This document shows, piece by piece, positions 8,524-17,272 of a stretch of 53,312 nucleotides of DNA; the first letter of the stretch is position 1; the number at the start of each line of letters is the position of its first letter. Under the pieces are notes generated by a model, which was not told the DNA's origin, did not search any database, and saw nothing but the letters and a program-made list of their open reading frames with translations. This stretch comes from a bacterium (lineage in GTDB: Bacteria > Fidelibacterota > UBA2242). Position numbers and translations under genes: made by a program. The stretch covers positions 1 through 53,312 of the forward strand of contig JAHJGX010000162.1 of NCBI GenBank assembly GCA_018824205.1. The letters are read 5' to 3'.

Positions 8524-10035
8524 ATGGAACCGAAAGAACAAATAAATACGATGATTAAACTGGAAACAGGGATTCCAGGCTTTGATTTTATTTCTCATGG
8601 CGGACTTCCGATGGGTCGAACAACCCTGGTTGCCGGTACTTCCGGCAGCGCAAAAACCGTTTTTGCAACACAATATTTAGCGGAAGGCATTATCCAATTT
8701 GATGATTCGGTCGTTTTCGTCACTTTTGAAGAATCACCGAAAGACATTCGTAGAAATATGATCGGATTTGGCTGGGATATTCAGAAATGGGAAGACGAAG
8801 GGAAATGGACCTTTGTGGATGTGTCGCCGGAACCGGGAATGGAAGTTCTGGAAAGCGGGTCCTATGACCTGGGCGCTTTATTAGCCCGGATCGAGCACGC
8901 CATCAATAAAGTCAATGCCAAACGATTATCCATGGATTCGATTGGCGCCATTTTCAGCCAGATAACCGACAGCAGTATCGTCCGTTCGGAACTGTTCCGG
9001 ATCGTTTATGCCCTGAAAGAATTGGGAGTAACTGCTATCCTGACCGCGGAAAGGACCCAGGAGTACGGTGATATAGCCCGGTATGGCGTTGAAGAATTTG
9101 TCACTGATAATGTCATTGTTGTACGAAATGTACTGGAGCAGGAAAAACGGCGCCGGACTATCGAAATTCTGAAATTCCGGGGAACAATGCATCAGAAAGG
9201 CGAATACCCGTTTACGATTATTCCTGGTGAAGGAATTATCATTATTCCCTTATCCGCTATCGAATTGAAACAGAAATCTTCCACCCTCCGAATTTCATCC
9301 GGGAATGCTGAAATGGATAAAATGTGTGGCGGCGGTTTTTTTCGGGATTCGATTATTCTGATATCCGGCGCGACCGGCAACGGCAAGACCCTGATGGTGA
9401 CTGAATTCATCAATGGCGGCGCTAAAAATAAGGAACGCTGCCTGTTATTTGCCTTTGAAGAAGGCCGTGAACAATTACTCCGTAATGCCAGCGGCTGGGG
9501 AGTCGATTATGAAAAATTGGAAGAAGAAAATAGATTGAAAATAGTCGCTGTCTATCCGGAAGTTGCCGGGCTCGAGGATCACCTGATTACCATGAAAAAG
9601 GAAATTGATAAATTTAAACCCACCCGGGTGGCGATCGATAGCCTCTCGGCGCTGGAACGGATATCTTCTATCAGAGGGTTCCGGGAATTCGTGATTGGTT
9701 TGACCTCCTTTATTAAACACAAAGAAGTTGTGGGCTTATTTACGGCCACTACGCCCACCCTGTTGGGTGGAACATCTGTGACAGAGGCTCATATTTCGAC
9801 AATCACAGATTCGATTATATTACTGCGTTATGTGGAGATGTTTGGTGAAATGCACCGGGGCATCACGGTTCTGAAAATGCGCGGTTCGATGCACGACAAG
9901 GATATCCGTGAATACACCATTGACGGCACCGGGATGCATATTGGCAAACCGTTCCGCAATATCAGTGGTATTCTGTCCGGTAATCCGATGATCAGTACAG
10001 CTTCTGAAGTAGATCGAATCAAGGATCTTTTTTAA
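8524..10035 (+). CDS. kaiC: Circadian clock protein KaiC (KaiC3-like, double-domain)
   Basis: Walker A GTSGSAKT and GATGNGKT; EE pairs (TFEES, AFEEG); phosphosite segment HISTITD; KFRG/KMRG; short tail GILSGNP...SEVDRIKDLF. Confidence 0.97.
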   Translation: MEPKEQINTMIKLETGIPGFDFISHGGLPMGRTTLVAGTSGSAKTVFATQYLAEGIIQFDDSVVFVTFEESPKDIRRNMIGFGWDIQKWEDEGKWTFVDVSPEPGMEVLESGSYDLGALLARIEHAINKVNAKRLSMDSIGAIFSQITDSSIVRSELFRIVYALKELGVTAILTAERTQEYGDIARYGVEEFVTDNVIVVRNVLEQEKRRRTIEILKFRGTMHQKGEYPFTIIPGEGIIIIPLSAIELKQKSSTLRISSGNAEMDKMCGGGFFRDSIILISGATGNGKTLMVTEFINGGAKNKERCLLFAFEEGREQLLRNASGWGVDYEKLEEENRLKIVAVYPEVAGLEDHLITMKKEIDKFKPTRVAIDSLSALERISSIRGFREFVIGLTSFIKHKEVVGLFTATTPTLLGGTSVTEAHISTITDSIILLRYVEMFGEMHRGITVLKMRGSMHDKDIREYTIDGTGMHIGKPFRNISGILSGNPMISTASEVDRIKDLF

Positions 10036-10100
10036 TCTGATTTTAATCCATAAAAAAGATGGTTTTCAGATCATTAAATCATCCCTTATTCGGAGGATAA

Positions 10101-10568
10101 ATGACTAAAGAAATAAAATCAGAGCGGCAAAATATAAAAATTGTACTGATCGAAGACAGCACCAGTGACGCCCGGATTATCTATGAATTACTGGAAGATA
10201 ACAAAAGCGTTGATTATACGATCAAATGGCATACGACCCTGGCAGCGGGTCTGGATCACTTAAAAACTTCAGAATGTGATATTATTTTCTCGGATATGCA
10301 TCTTCCCGATGCCGCCGGACTGCATATTGTTGAGATGATTTATCACTCGCATCCGAACATTCCGATCATTGCATTGTCCAGAATCTATGATAAAGATACT
10401 GAATGGCAATCGAAAAACCTGGGAGCACAGGATTTTTTGCTGAAAGACGGACTTGACGGTATTTTATTAACCAAAGTGATCAAATATGCTATTGACCGGT
10501 GCCGGAGGGAATATGAACTCCGAAAATCCCGGGAATCTCTTCAAAAGATTGTGTGGCGAATACCTTGA
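10101..10568 (+). CDS. Response regulator receiver protein, probably 3'-truncated by the repeat element
   Basis: REC (IEDS, FSDMHLPD, FLLK), then linker ELRKSRESLQKIV running into the 39-bp repeat. Confidence 0.8.
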   Translation: MTKEIKSERQNIKIVLIEDSTSDARIIYELLEDNKSVDYTIKWHTTLAAGLDHLKTSECDIIFSDMHLPDAAGLHIVEMIYHSHPNIPIIALSRIYDKDTEWQSKNLGAQDFLLKDGLDGILLTKVIKYAIDRCRREYELRKSRESLQKIVWRIP

Positions 10569-10711
10569 AAAGGTGAAATTAATGTATCGATGTGGCGAAT
10601 ACCTTGAAAAGGTGAAATTAATGTATCGATGTGGCGAATACCTTGAAAAGGTGAGATCAATGTATCTATGTAAGTCAGAAGTGTTCTTTTCACCTTTTCA
10701 AGGTGCAATTA
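10552..10711 (+). repeat. Dispersed repeat copy 2 (two tandem 39-bp units plus tail)
   Basis: Units start at 10561 and 10600; the tail from 10639 ends TTTCACCTTTTCAAGGTGCAATT; same orientation as copy 1. Confidence 0.95.
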
Positions 10712-10753
10712 ATTCAAGGTGCGTAACTTGAAAAAAATGAAACGTGAGGTTCT

Positions 10754-12958
10754 GTGATGATAACAAAATTTGATATACAAAGAGAAAAAAACAAAATTCT
10801 GATAATGGCGACACTTTTAGTTATCTGTTGTTTTTTAACCTATTATTTTCACGTGGTATTAAAAAGCGGCACGGTTTTTACTCACTTCTTTTATATTCCG
10901 ATTATCCTGGCGTCGGTCTGGTGGCAAAGAAAAGGCCTGGCTGTGGCTGTGTTTTTAGCGGTATGGCTGCTTCTAAGTCACTTCTTATTTCGAGTCGGCT
11001 TGGAGACAATCAATGATTTAATTCGTGCGCCCATGTTTATCGCTGTTTCCCTGGTGGCTGCTCTTTTAAGTGAGAAACTTGGGAAGGCGGAAGGAGGCCT
11101 GCGGGAGACCCGCGATTATTTAGATAAATTGATCACCTATGCAAACGCCCCCATTATCGTCTGGAACCCTGATTTCAGGATTACACGGTTCAACAAAGCC
11201 TTCGAGCGACTTACCGGCTATGCATCCGGCGAGGTTATCGGCAAAGAACTGCGCCTGCTTTTCCCTGAAATAAGCCGGAATGAGTCCCTGGGCAGGATCG
11301 AGCAAACAGCGGGCGGTGAATTTTTGAAATCGGTGGAAATACCAATTCTTCGAAAAGATGGGGACGCCCGGCTGGCGCTATGGAACTCGGCAAATATTTA
11401 CGCGGAGGACGGCAAGACTCTTGTGTCTACTATCGCGCAAGGCATCGATATCACCGAGCGTAAACTATCTGAAAAAGCTATTGCGGCGTCGAAAGCTTAT
11501 GCTGAATCCATCATACGGAACTTCTTAGACACACTCATCGTGGTTGATCCCGAAGCAAAAATAGAGACCGTGAACCCGGCGACCTGTGATTTATTGGGCT
11601 ATACCGAAGAAGAGCTCCTCGGTCAGCCCGTAAGTATTATTTTTGCAGCAGCAGCAGCAGAAGAAGTTCTTCGCTTTTTCCAATTTTTCCTAGAACCCAA
11701 TAAAGCAGAAGCATTCGACCCACAAAATACCGTTCGCAATCGTGAACTCAATTACAAAACCAAAGATGGGCGACTCATTCAAATGTCATTTAACGCCAGT
11801 GTGCTGACCGATGAAGCGGGCAATATCACGGGTGTAGTTGCGGGAGCCAAAGATATTACAGATATAAAGCGTGCAGAAGCAACAATAAAAAAAGAGAGGA
11901 ATTTCTCAAAAAACATAATAACTACCGTCCCGGAGTCCTTACTCGTTGTTGATAAGGATTTAAGGATAAAGAGTGCCAATCGTTCATTTTATGAAACATT
12001 TAAAATTGAACCGGAAAATACGATCGGCGCTTCCATAACCGATATATTAGGGAATGACAAAGGAAAACTCAGCGCTGAACTTAAAAGGCTATTTGGAACT
12101 GAAGATATGCTGGAGAATTACGAGTTACACTATAAGTCAGAAAAAATAGATTCACCCCGTGAAGCACGAGAACTTACTTCACAGTGTGAACGGATATTCA
12201 ATGTAACCGCGCGAAGAATAATAATTGTAGAAGAAGAAGAAGAAGAAGAAGAAGAAGAAGAAGAACTGGTTGTACTGAGAGACATCACTGAGCGCAAGCG
12301 GGCGCAGGAGCAAATCGAGGCATCGCTCAGCGAGAATGATGTGCTTTTGAGGGAAATTCACCATAGGGTTAAAAACAACCTCCAGGTTATTTCCAGCATA
12401 CTTGATATGTGCAGGATGCGAACCCATGACCAGCAGGCTATAGATTTGTTCACAGATGTCCGGGACAAAATCCATACCATGGCTCTTATCCATTCGCAAC
12501 TCTATCGAAGCAATAGAGTTGCTCAAGTAAACATAGGAAACCATGTCCGGGAGATGGTTGACTATCTGTCGAAAGTTTATGTAACAAATGCAAAATTGAT
12601 TACCCCTGTTATTGAATACTCTGACATTTACCTTTCTGTAATCCAGGCTATCCCCTGTATTCTTGCCTTACACGAGATTATTTCCAACGCCTTCAAACAT
12701 GCCTTCAAGGAGGACAAAGGGACCATTAAAATATTCATAAAGAGGTTGGATGATGACACAGTTTTTATAAGAATTAAAGATGACGGTATTGGTATCCCAG
12801 AAGAAATTGACATTTATAAAACCAACAGCCTGGGTCTAAAGTTACTCAGAAGTCTGGTTCAGAAACAGCTAAAGGGGAAAATACAGATTAATCGAAATAA
12901 GGGTACAGAGTTTATTGTAGAATTTAAAATCTTAGAATGTAAAGAAAAATATGTGTAG
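10754..12958 (+). CDS. Membrane sensor histidine kinase, 3 PAS plus HisKA_2-type kinase
   Basis: About four N-terminal TM helices; three PAS ending DITERK/DITDIK; EIHHRVKNNLQ; EIISNAFKHAF, DDGIGI, SLGLKL. Confidence 0.93.
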   Translation: MMITKFDIQREKNKILIMATLLVICCFLTYYFHVVLKSGTVFTHFFYIPIILASVWWQRKGLAVAVFLAVWLLLSHFLFRVGLETINDLIRAPMFIAVSLVAALLSEKLGKAEGGLRETRDYLDKLITYANAPIIVWNPDFRITRFNKAFERLTGYASGEVIGKELRLLFPEISRNESLGRIEQTAGGEFLKSVEIPILRKDGDARLALWNSANIYAEDGKTLVSTIAQGIDITERKLSEKAIAASKAYAESIIRNFLDTLIVVDPEAKIETVNPATCDLLGYTEEELLGQPVSIIFAAAAAEEVLRFFQFFLEPNKAEAFDPQNTVRNRELNYKTKDGRLIQMSFNASVLTDEAGNITGVVAGAKDITDIKRAEATIKKERNFSKNIITTVPESLLVVDKDLRIKSANRSFYETFKIEPENTIGASITDILGNDKGKLSAELKRLFGTEDMLENYELHYKSEKIDSPREARELTSQCERIFNVTARRIIIVEEEEEEEEEEEELVVLRDITERKRAQEQIEASLSENDVLLREIHHRVKNNLQVISSILDMCRMRTHDQQAIDLFTDVRDKIHTMALIHSQLYRSNRVAQVNIGNHVREMVDYLSKVYVTNAKLITPVIEYSDIYLSVIQAIPCILALHEIISNAFKHAFKEDKGTIKIFIKRLDDDTVFIRIKDDGIGIPEEIDIYKTNSLGLKLLRSLVQKQLKGKIQINRNKGTEFIVEFKILECKEKYV
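11645..11659 (+). repeat. In-frame (GCA)5 microsatellite
   Basis: Encodes AAAAA within the second PAS domain. Confidence 0.9.
12151..12190. repeat. REP-like palindrome within coding sequence
   Basis: TTCACCCCGTGAAG-N12-CTTCACAGTGTGAA; arms match at 12 of 14 positions. Confidence 0.7.
12230..12265 (+). repeat. In-frame (GAA)12 microsatellite
   Basis: 12 perfect GAA codons giving poly-Glu12. Confidence 0.98.
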
Positions 12959-14540
12959 AATAATTATTGTTGACGATGAGGTGATCATAATAACGCAATT
13001 GGAGGAACACCTTGTATCTATGGGATATGAAGTCCTCGGGAGTGCCACTTCCGGAGAAGAAGCCATAGACTTAGCCAGGCGCCTCAGGCCCGATATAATC
13101 CTGATGGATATAGTTATGCCGGGAAAATTAGACGGTATTGATGCTTCCGAAAGGATTAAAGCTGAACTGAATATTCCGGTTATATTCCTGACCGCTTATG
13201 CGGATGATAAATTCGTAAATAGAGCAAAGAATACTGAACCTTTCGGATATATACTAAAACCGTTTCAAGAAAAAGAAATAAAAGCGGCTATTGAAATCGC
13301 CATTTACAAAAAAAGTATAGAGCAACAGTTGCGTGAGTCGGAAGAGAAATATCGGTCCCTGGTAAATACAGCTAACGATGCCATCATCTCTGTTGACAGC
13401 CGCGGAAACATCGTTTTCTGGAACTCTGCGGCAGAGAAATTTTTTGGCTATCCAGCTGATGAAACAATTGGCAAGCCGGTTACCGTCATCATACCCGAAC
13501 GGTTCCGTGAAGTTCATCAAAAGGAAATGATGAGGGTAGTTTCAACGGAAAAATCAAACATTATCGGAAAAACGGTTGAGATAACTGGGCTCAGAAAAGA
13601 TGCCAGCGAATTTCCTCTAGAGATTTCATTTGCATCCTGGAAGACAAGGGAGGGTGTTTTCTTTACAAGTATCGTACGCGACATTACCGAGCGCAAGCAG
13701 GCAGAGGAAGCCTTAAAGGTCAGCCAGGAAAGTTTCCACAATATAGTGGAAAAAAACACAGCCGGAATTATCGTTACAGACAGGAAAGGGATAATACGTT
13801 TTGTAAATCCTGCCGTAGAAGACATTTTTAACCGCAAGTCTGAAGAACTTGTGGGTGATTTGTTTGGTTTTACAGTGATAGAGGGTGAAGTAACTAATAT
13901 TGATATTATCCGCAAGGGTAACGATATGGGCATCGGGGAAATACGTAATACGGTGACAGAATGGGATGGTGAATTTGCCTATCTTATTATGATTAACGAT
14001 ATTACCAAGCGCCAGCAGGCCGAAGAGGCTCTACGGCAGAGTAAAGATTACATTAACAATATAATAAGTTCAATGATCGAAAGCCTTATTGTCACTAACC
14101 GGGATGGCATTATTAAAAAAGTCAACAGAGCCACCTGGGAGCTTTTTGGCTATGAAGAAAAAGAATTCATTGGTAAACCTATAAGTATGCTTTTTGCAGC
14201 AGAAGAATTCAAAACTTTAGGAATTGATGAGATTCTTAAGAAAGGCTTTATCCGAAATGTAGAGAGGGTCTATCTTTCAAAAGATGGTAGAATTATTCCT
14301 ATACTTTTTTCGGGTTCGGTAATGCGTGATATTGATAAGAATATTCAGGGGATAGTCTGTTTAGCTGAAGATATCACCGAGCGTAAGAAGGCAGAGGATG
14401 AATTGAAAAAACATATGCATGAGCTGGAGCGGTTTGAACATGTTACTATTGGAAGGGAATTGAAAATGATTGAATTGAAAAATAAAATAAAAGAATTAGA
14501 GGAGCAGAGGAAGATGGAAAAAGTTAATGATGAAACGTGA
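12951..14540 (+). CDS. REC-PAS-PAS-PAS protein with C-terminal coiled coil, no catalytic output
   Basis: IVDDE, LMDIVM, GYILKPF; three PAS; ends GRELKMIELKNKIKELEE. Confidence 0.9.
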   Translation: MCRIIIVDDEVIIITQLEEHLVSMGYEVLGSATSGEEAIDLARRLRPDIILMDIVMPGKLDGIDASERIKAELNIPVIFLTAYADDKFVNRAKNTEPFGYILKPFQEKEIKAAIEIAIYKKSIEQQLRESEEKYRSLVNTANDAIISVDSRGNIVFWNSAAEKFFGYPADETIGKPVTVIIPERFREVHQKEMMRVVSTEKSNIIGKTVEITGLRKDASEFPLEISFASWKTREGVFFTSIVRDITERKQAEEALKVSQESFHNIVEKNTAGIIVTDRKGIIRFVNPAVEDIFNRKSEELVGDLFGFTVIEGEVTNIDIIRKGNDMGIGEIRNTVTEWDGEFAYLIMINDITKRQQAEEALRQSKDYINNIISSMIESLIVTNRDGIIKKVNRATWELFGYEEKEFIGKPISMLFAAEEFKTLGIDEILKKGFIRNVERVYLSKDGRIIPILFSGSVMRDIDKNIQGIVCLAEDITERKKAEDELKKHMHELERFEHVTIGRELKMIELKNKIKELEEQRKMEKVNDET

Positions 14541-14623
14541 GACGTGAGAAGTGAACTATTAATTTTGGTACTCCCGGCAAAGTCAGGATCGGGGAAATTT
14601 AGGCAATTAAATATGGTTGATGG

Positions 14624-16249
14624 TTGATGGTAAAAGAAAAAATTATGGTTGTTGAAGATAACCGCCCCGTAGCAGAGTTCATCCAGGATACATTAAGAAG
14701 TTCGGGATATGATGTTTCGGATATTGTCTCTTCCGGTGAAGAAGCCGTAAAAAAAGCGGAACAGCTGTCCCCGGATCTCGTGTTAATGGATATCATTTTA
14801 GAAGGGAAGATGGATGGTATAGAAGCATCAAAACAAATACGTGACCGTTTCAATATCCCTGTCATTTACCTTACCGGACATGCAGAAGAAAATTTATTAC
14901 AAAGGGCTAAGATAACAGAGCCATTTGGGTATATATTAAAGCCATTTGAAGGAAAAGAATTACATACAACCATTAAAATGGCTATTTACAAGCATAAGAA
15001 AGATAATGAATTGAAAAAGCGCATGCTTGAGTTGCAGGACTCTCGTACAGCTATGCTAAATGTTCTTGAAGATGTGACTGAAGCCCGTGAAGCCCTTGAG
15101 AAATCCGACCGGTTAAAGAATGTTTTCATAGGCATGATGTCTCATGAGTTAAGAACACCCCTGAATGTAATATTGGGATATGTCGATATATTATCTACGG
15201 ATTTGAGAAGCTTAGTTAATGAAGAGAGGCGAGAAATGTTTGACGCAATCGTCCGGGGTGGTGAACGGCTAAAAAAATTAGTTGACGATATTATGGATAT
15301 ATCTCAGATTGAAGCCGACCAGATGAAATTATATATGCAACCCATTGAGGCGGATGATCTGGTTAAAAATTGTGTCAATGAAATTGTAATTCCTGCGAGA
15401 AATAAGAGCTTAGATATCATTGAAAAATATCATGGGGACAAGACGCACATCAAAGTTGACAGGCTTCGCTTTCCCCAGGCTCTTGGAAATATTTTACAGA
15501 ATGCTGTGAAATATACCAATAAAGGCAGTATCAATATAACTACAGAAGTAGAGAATAATATTTATACTATTACTGTAAAAGATACCGGAAAAGGTATTAA
15601 AAAGGATTTTCTGCCATTTATTTTTGCGCTCTTCCGTCAAGAAGATGAAGGTTATAAACGTAAATATGAAGGCGCTGGATTAGGTTTATATGTAAGTCAA
15701 CGATTGTTTACATCAATGGGAGGGAAAATAGATGTGGATAGCGATGAAGGCCGAGGAACTGAATTTGTACTTTCCTTTCCCGCTTCTACGGAAAAAGTTC
15801 TTATAGTAGAAGAGGAAAAACCGGAATTGCCAGATGTTAAGAGACATGAAGAAGTAAAAAAAGAGGTAGAGAGAAAACAAACCGTGCTGGTATTAGAAGA
15901 CAATCCGGCTAATGTTGATTACATACAATTTTTATTAAGGAAATTGCAAGTGGACTATGTTACGGCAGCTTCCGGAAAGGATGCGCTTGAATGTTTAGAA
16001 GAAAATTCCGTTGATGGGATGCTAATTGATATTAGTCTTGCTACCGGGATGTCGGGAGTTGAATTTTTAGAGAGGGTGAAAACGCAAGATCGTTTCAAGA
16101 ATATACCCAAGATTGCAGTCACAGCTCATGCAATGAAAGGTCAGCGTGAGGAGTTTATTAAGACCGGTTTTGATGATTATTTACCAAAACCGTTTAAATT
16201 GAAGGACCTTCGGGAATTACTTGCCCGCACTTTAAAGGGTTATTCATAA
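14624..16249 (+). CDS. Hybrid histidine kinase REC-HisKA-HATPase-REC
   Basis: MSHELRTPLN, NILQNAVKYT, DTGKGI, GAGLGL; receiver domains at both ends. Confidence 0.93.
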   Translation: MMVKEKIMVVEDNRPVAEFIQDTLRSSGYDVSDIVSSGEEAVKKAEQLSPDLVLMDIILEGKMDGIEASKQIRDRFNIPVIYLTGHAEENLLQRAKITEPFGYILKPFEGKELHTTIKMAIYKHKKDNELKKRMLELQDSRTAMLNVLEDVTEAREALEKSDRLKNVFIGMMSHELRTPLNVILGYVDILSTDLRSLVNEERREMFDAIVRGGERLKKLVDDIMDISQIEADQMKLYMQPIEADDLVKNCVNEIVIPARNKSLDIIEKYHGDKTHIKVDRLRFPQALGNILQNAVKYTNKGSINITTEVENNIYTITVKDTGKGIKKDFLPFIFALFRQEDEGYKRKYEGAGLGLYVSQRLFTSMGGKIDVDSDEGRGTEFVLSFPASTEKVLIVEEEKPELPDVKRHEEVKKEVERKQTVLVLEDNPANVDYIQFLLRKLQVDYVTAASGKDALECLEENSVDGMLIDISLATGMSGVEFLERVKTQDRFKNIPKIAVTAHAMKGQREEFIKTGFDDYLPKPFKLKDLRELLARTLKGYS

Positions 16250-16319
16250 AGTGGTTATACCGCAAAGACACTGAGGCGCAAAGATACTAAAACACAGAGG
16301 GCGTTTCCCAAAATGTAAT

Positions 16320-16453
16320 AGTTCACCCCCGACCTGTCGGGGCAGAGACACAAAGAAAATTTGATATTTGATATTTGAAATTTGGTAAATACCATGACCT
16401 GTCGGGGTTGTAATAAATAATAAAAATTCTCTGCGGCGTCTTAGCGGTGAACT
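16320..16453. repeat. Imperfect inverted-repeat element with nested palindrome and heptamer repeats
   Basis: AGTTCACC...GGTGAACT ends; CCCCGACCTGTCGGGG inside the left arm; TTTGATA TTTGATA TTTGAAA TTTGGTA heptamers. Confidence 0.65.
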
Positions 16454-16548
16454 GTAACGTATCAACAAACATTTTATCTCAGAACTCAGTAAAACACGGC
16501 TATGGAAAAAAACCCGATATTAATCGGGACAAATAAAAAACTCGAAAC

Positions 16549-16682
16549 TGTCATTCCCCCAAAGGGGTCTCTTTGAGATGAACGAGGTACGAGTGCCCCG
16601 ACGAGTCGGGGTCCCCGGTGGGAAAGAATCTTTTTCAATTTATTGAGGGAGATTCTTCTTCGCTTCACTCATCAGAATGACA
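16549..16682. repeat. REP-like hairpin element with nested palindromes
   Basis: TGTCATTC...GAATGACA ends; AAGAATCT/AGATTCTT inner stem; inserts CCCCAAAGGGG-TCTCTTTGAGA and CCCCGACGAGTCGGGG-TCCCCGGTGGGA. Confidence 0.75.
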
Positions 16683-16793
16683 CAAATTGTTTTTTTTATT
16701 TGTGATTGTAAGCAGGAAATATTTACCGATTTTGTGAGTTCTGTTATCTGTAAAAACAGCAACTTAGTAACTGCGAAACTTGAGTTGCTAATA

Positions 16794-17105
16794 CTATAAC
16801 TTCTTTTCAGACCGTTGGTATTCTTTTTTAAGAGCAGCTTCAAAGTCACTAATCAGATTTTTCAGGTAATCAATATTTTCGCTTAAAGATGCGGTCTCGA
16901 TTTTGCTTCCCATTTTGCTGAAATCGTCAAAACCGTAACCACCAGCCGCTCCTTTTAGGCCATGTCCAAATAGGCGAAGTTTTTCAAAATCTCGATTGTC
17001 TAGATTTGATTTTACTTCCCGAAGGGATTCCAATAAATATTTCAAATACTTCCGGATTAATAATTGAAATTCAGGATCATCTAAATATTCGTTATCTACA
17101 TCCAT
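16794..17105 (-). CDS. Stand-alone Hpt phosphotransfer protein
   Basis: GHGLKGAAGGYGF matches the HxLKGxxG motif; GGAG RBS. Confidence 0.9.
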   Translation of the reverse strand: MDVDNEYLDDPEFQLLIRKYLKYLLESLREVKSNLDNRDFEKLRLFGHGLKGAAGGYGFDDFSKMGSKIETASLSENIDYLKNLISDFEAALKKEYQRSEKKL

Positions 17106-17147
17106 ATTAGTTTCTCCATTAATATTCTTTGATGCTAAACTTTTTTT

Positions 17148-17272
17148 TGCTAATTCCGGTCAAACCGGACACCTGTTTCGGAATTATTCGGACAGTTTGA
17201 GATTGTGTCATCGGACATCATTTGCAGGGTTCTGTTTTCACTTTTTAAAATTACTCCAAAGTGTCCGAATTG
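17148..17272 (+). mobile_element. Orphan IS21-like terminal repeat remnant
   Basis: TGCTAATTCCGGTCAAACCGGACACCTGTTTCGGAATTATTCGGACA: 5'-TG start with reiterated CGGACA sub-repeats and an inverted TGTCCGAAT near 17262; no istA/istB. Confidence 0.5.

Noticed and set aside
10552-10711. 39-bp repeats as a CRISPR array
   Set aside because: Units are contiguous and identical, with no unique spacers; no cas genes.
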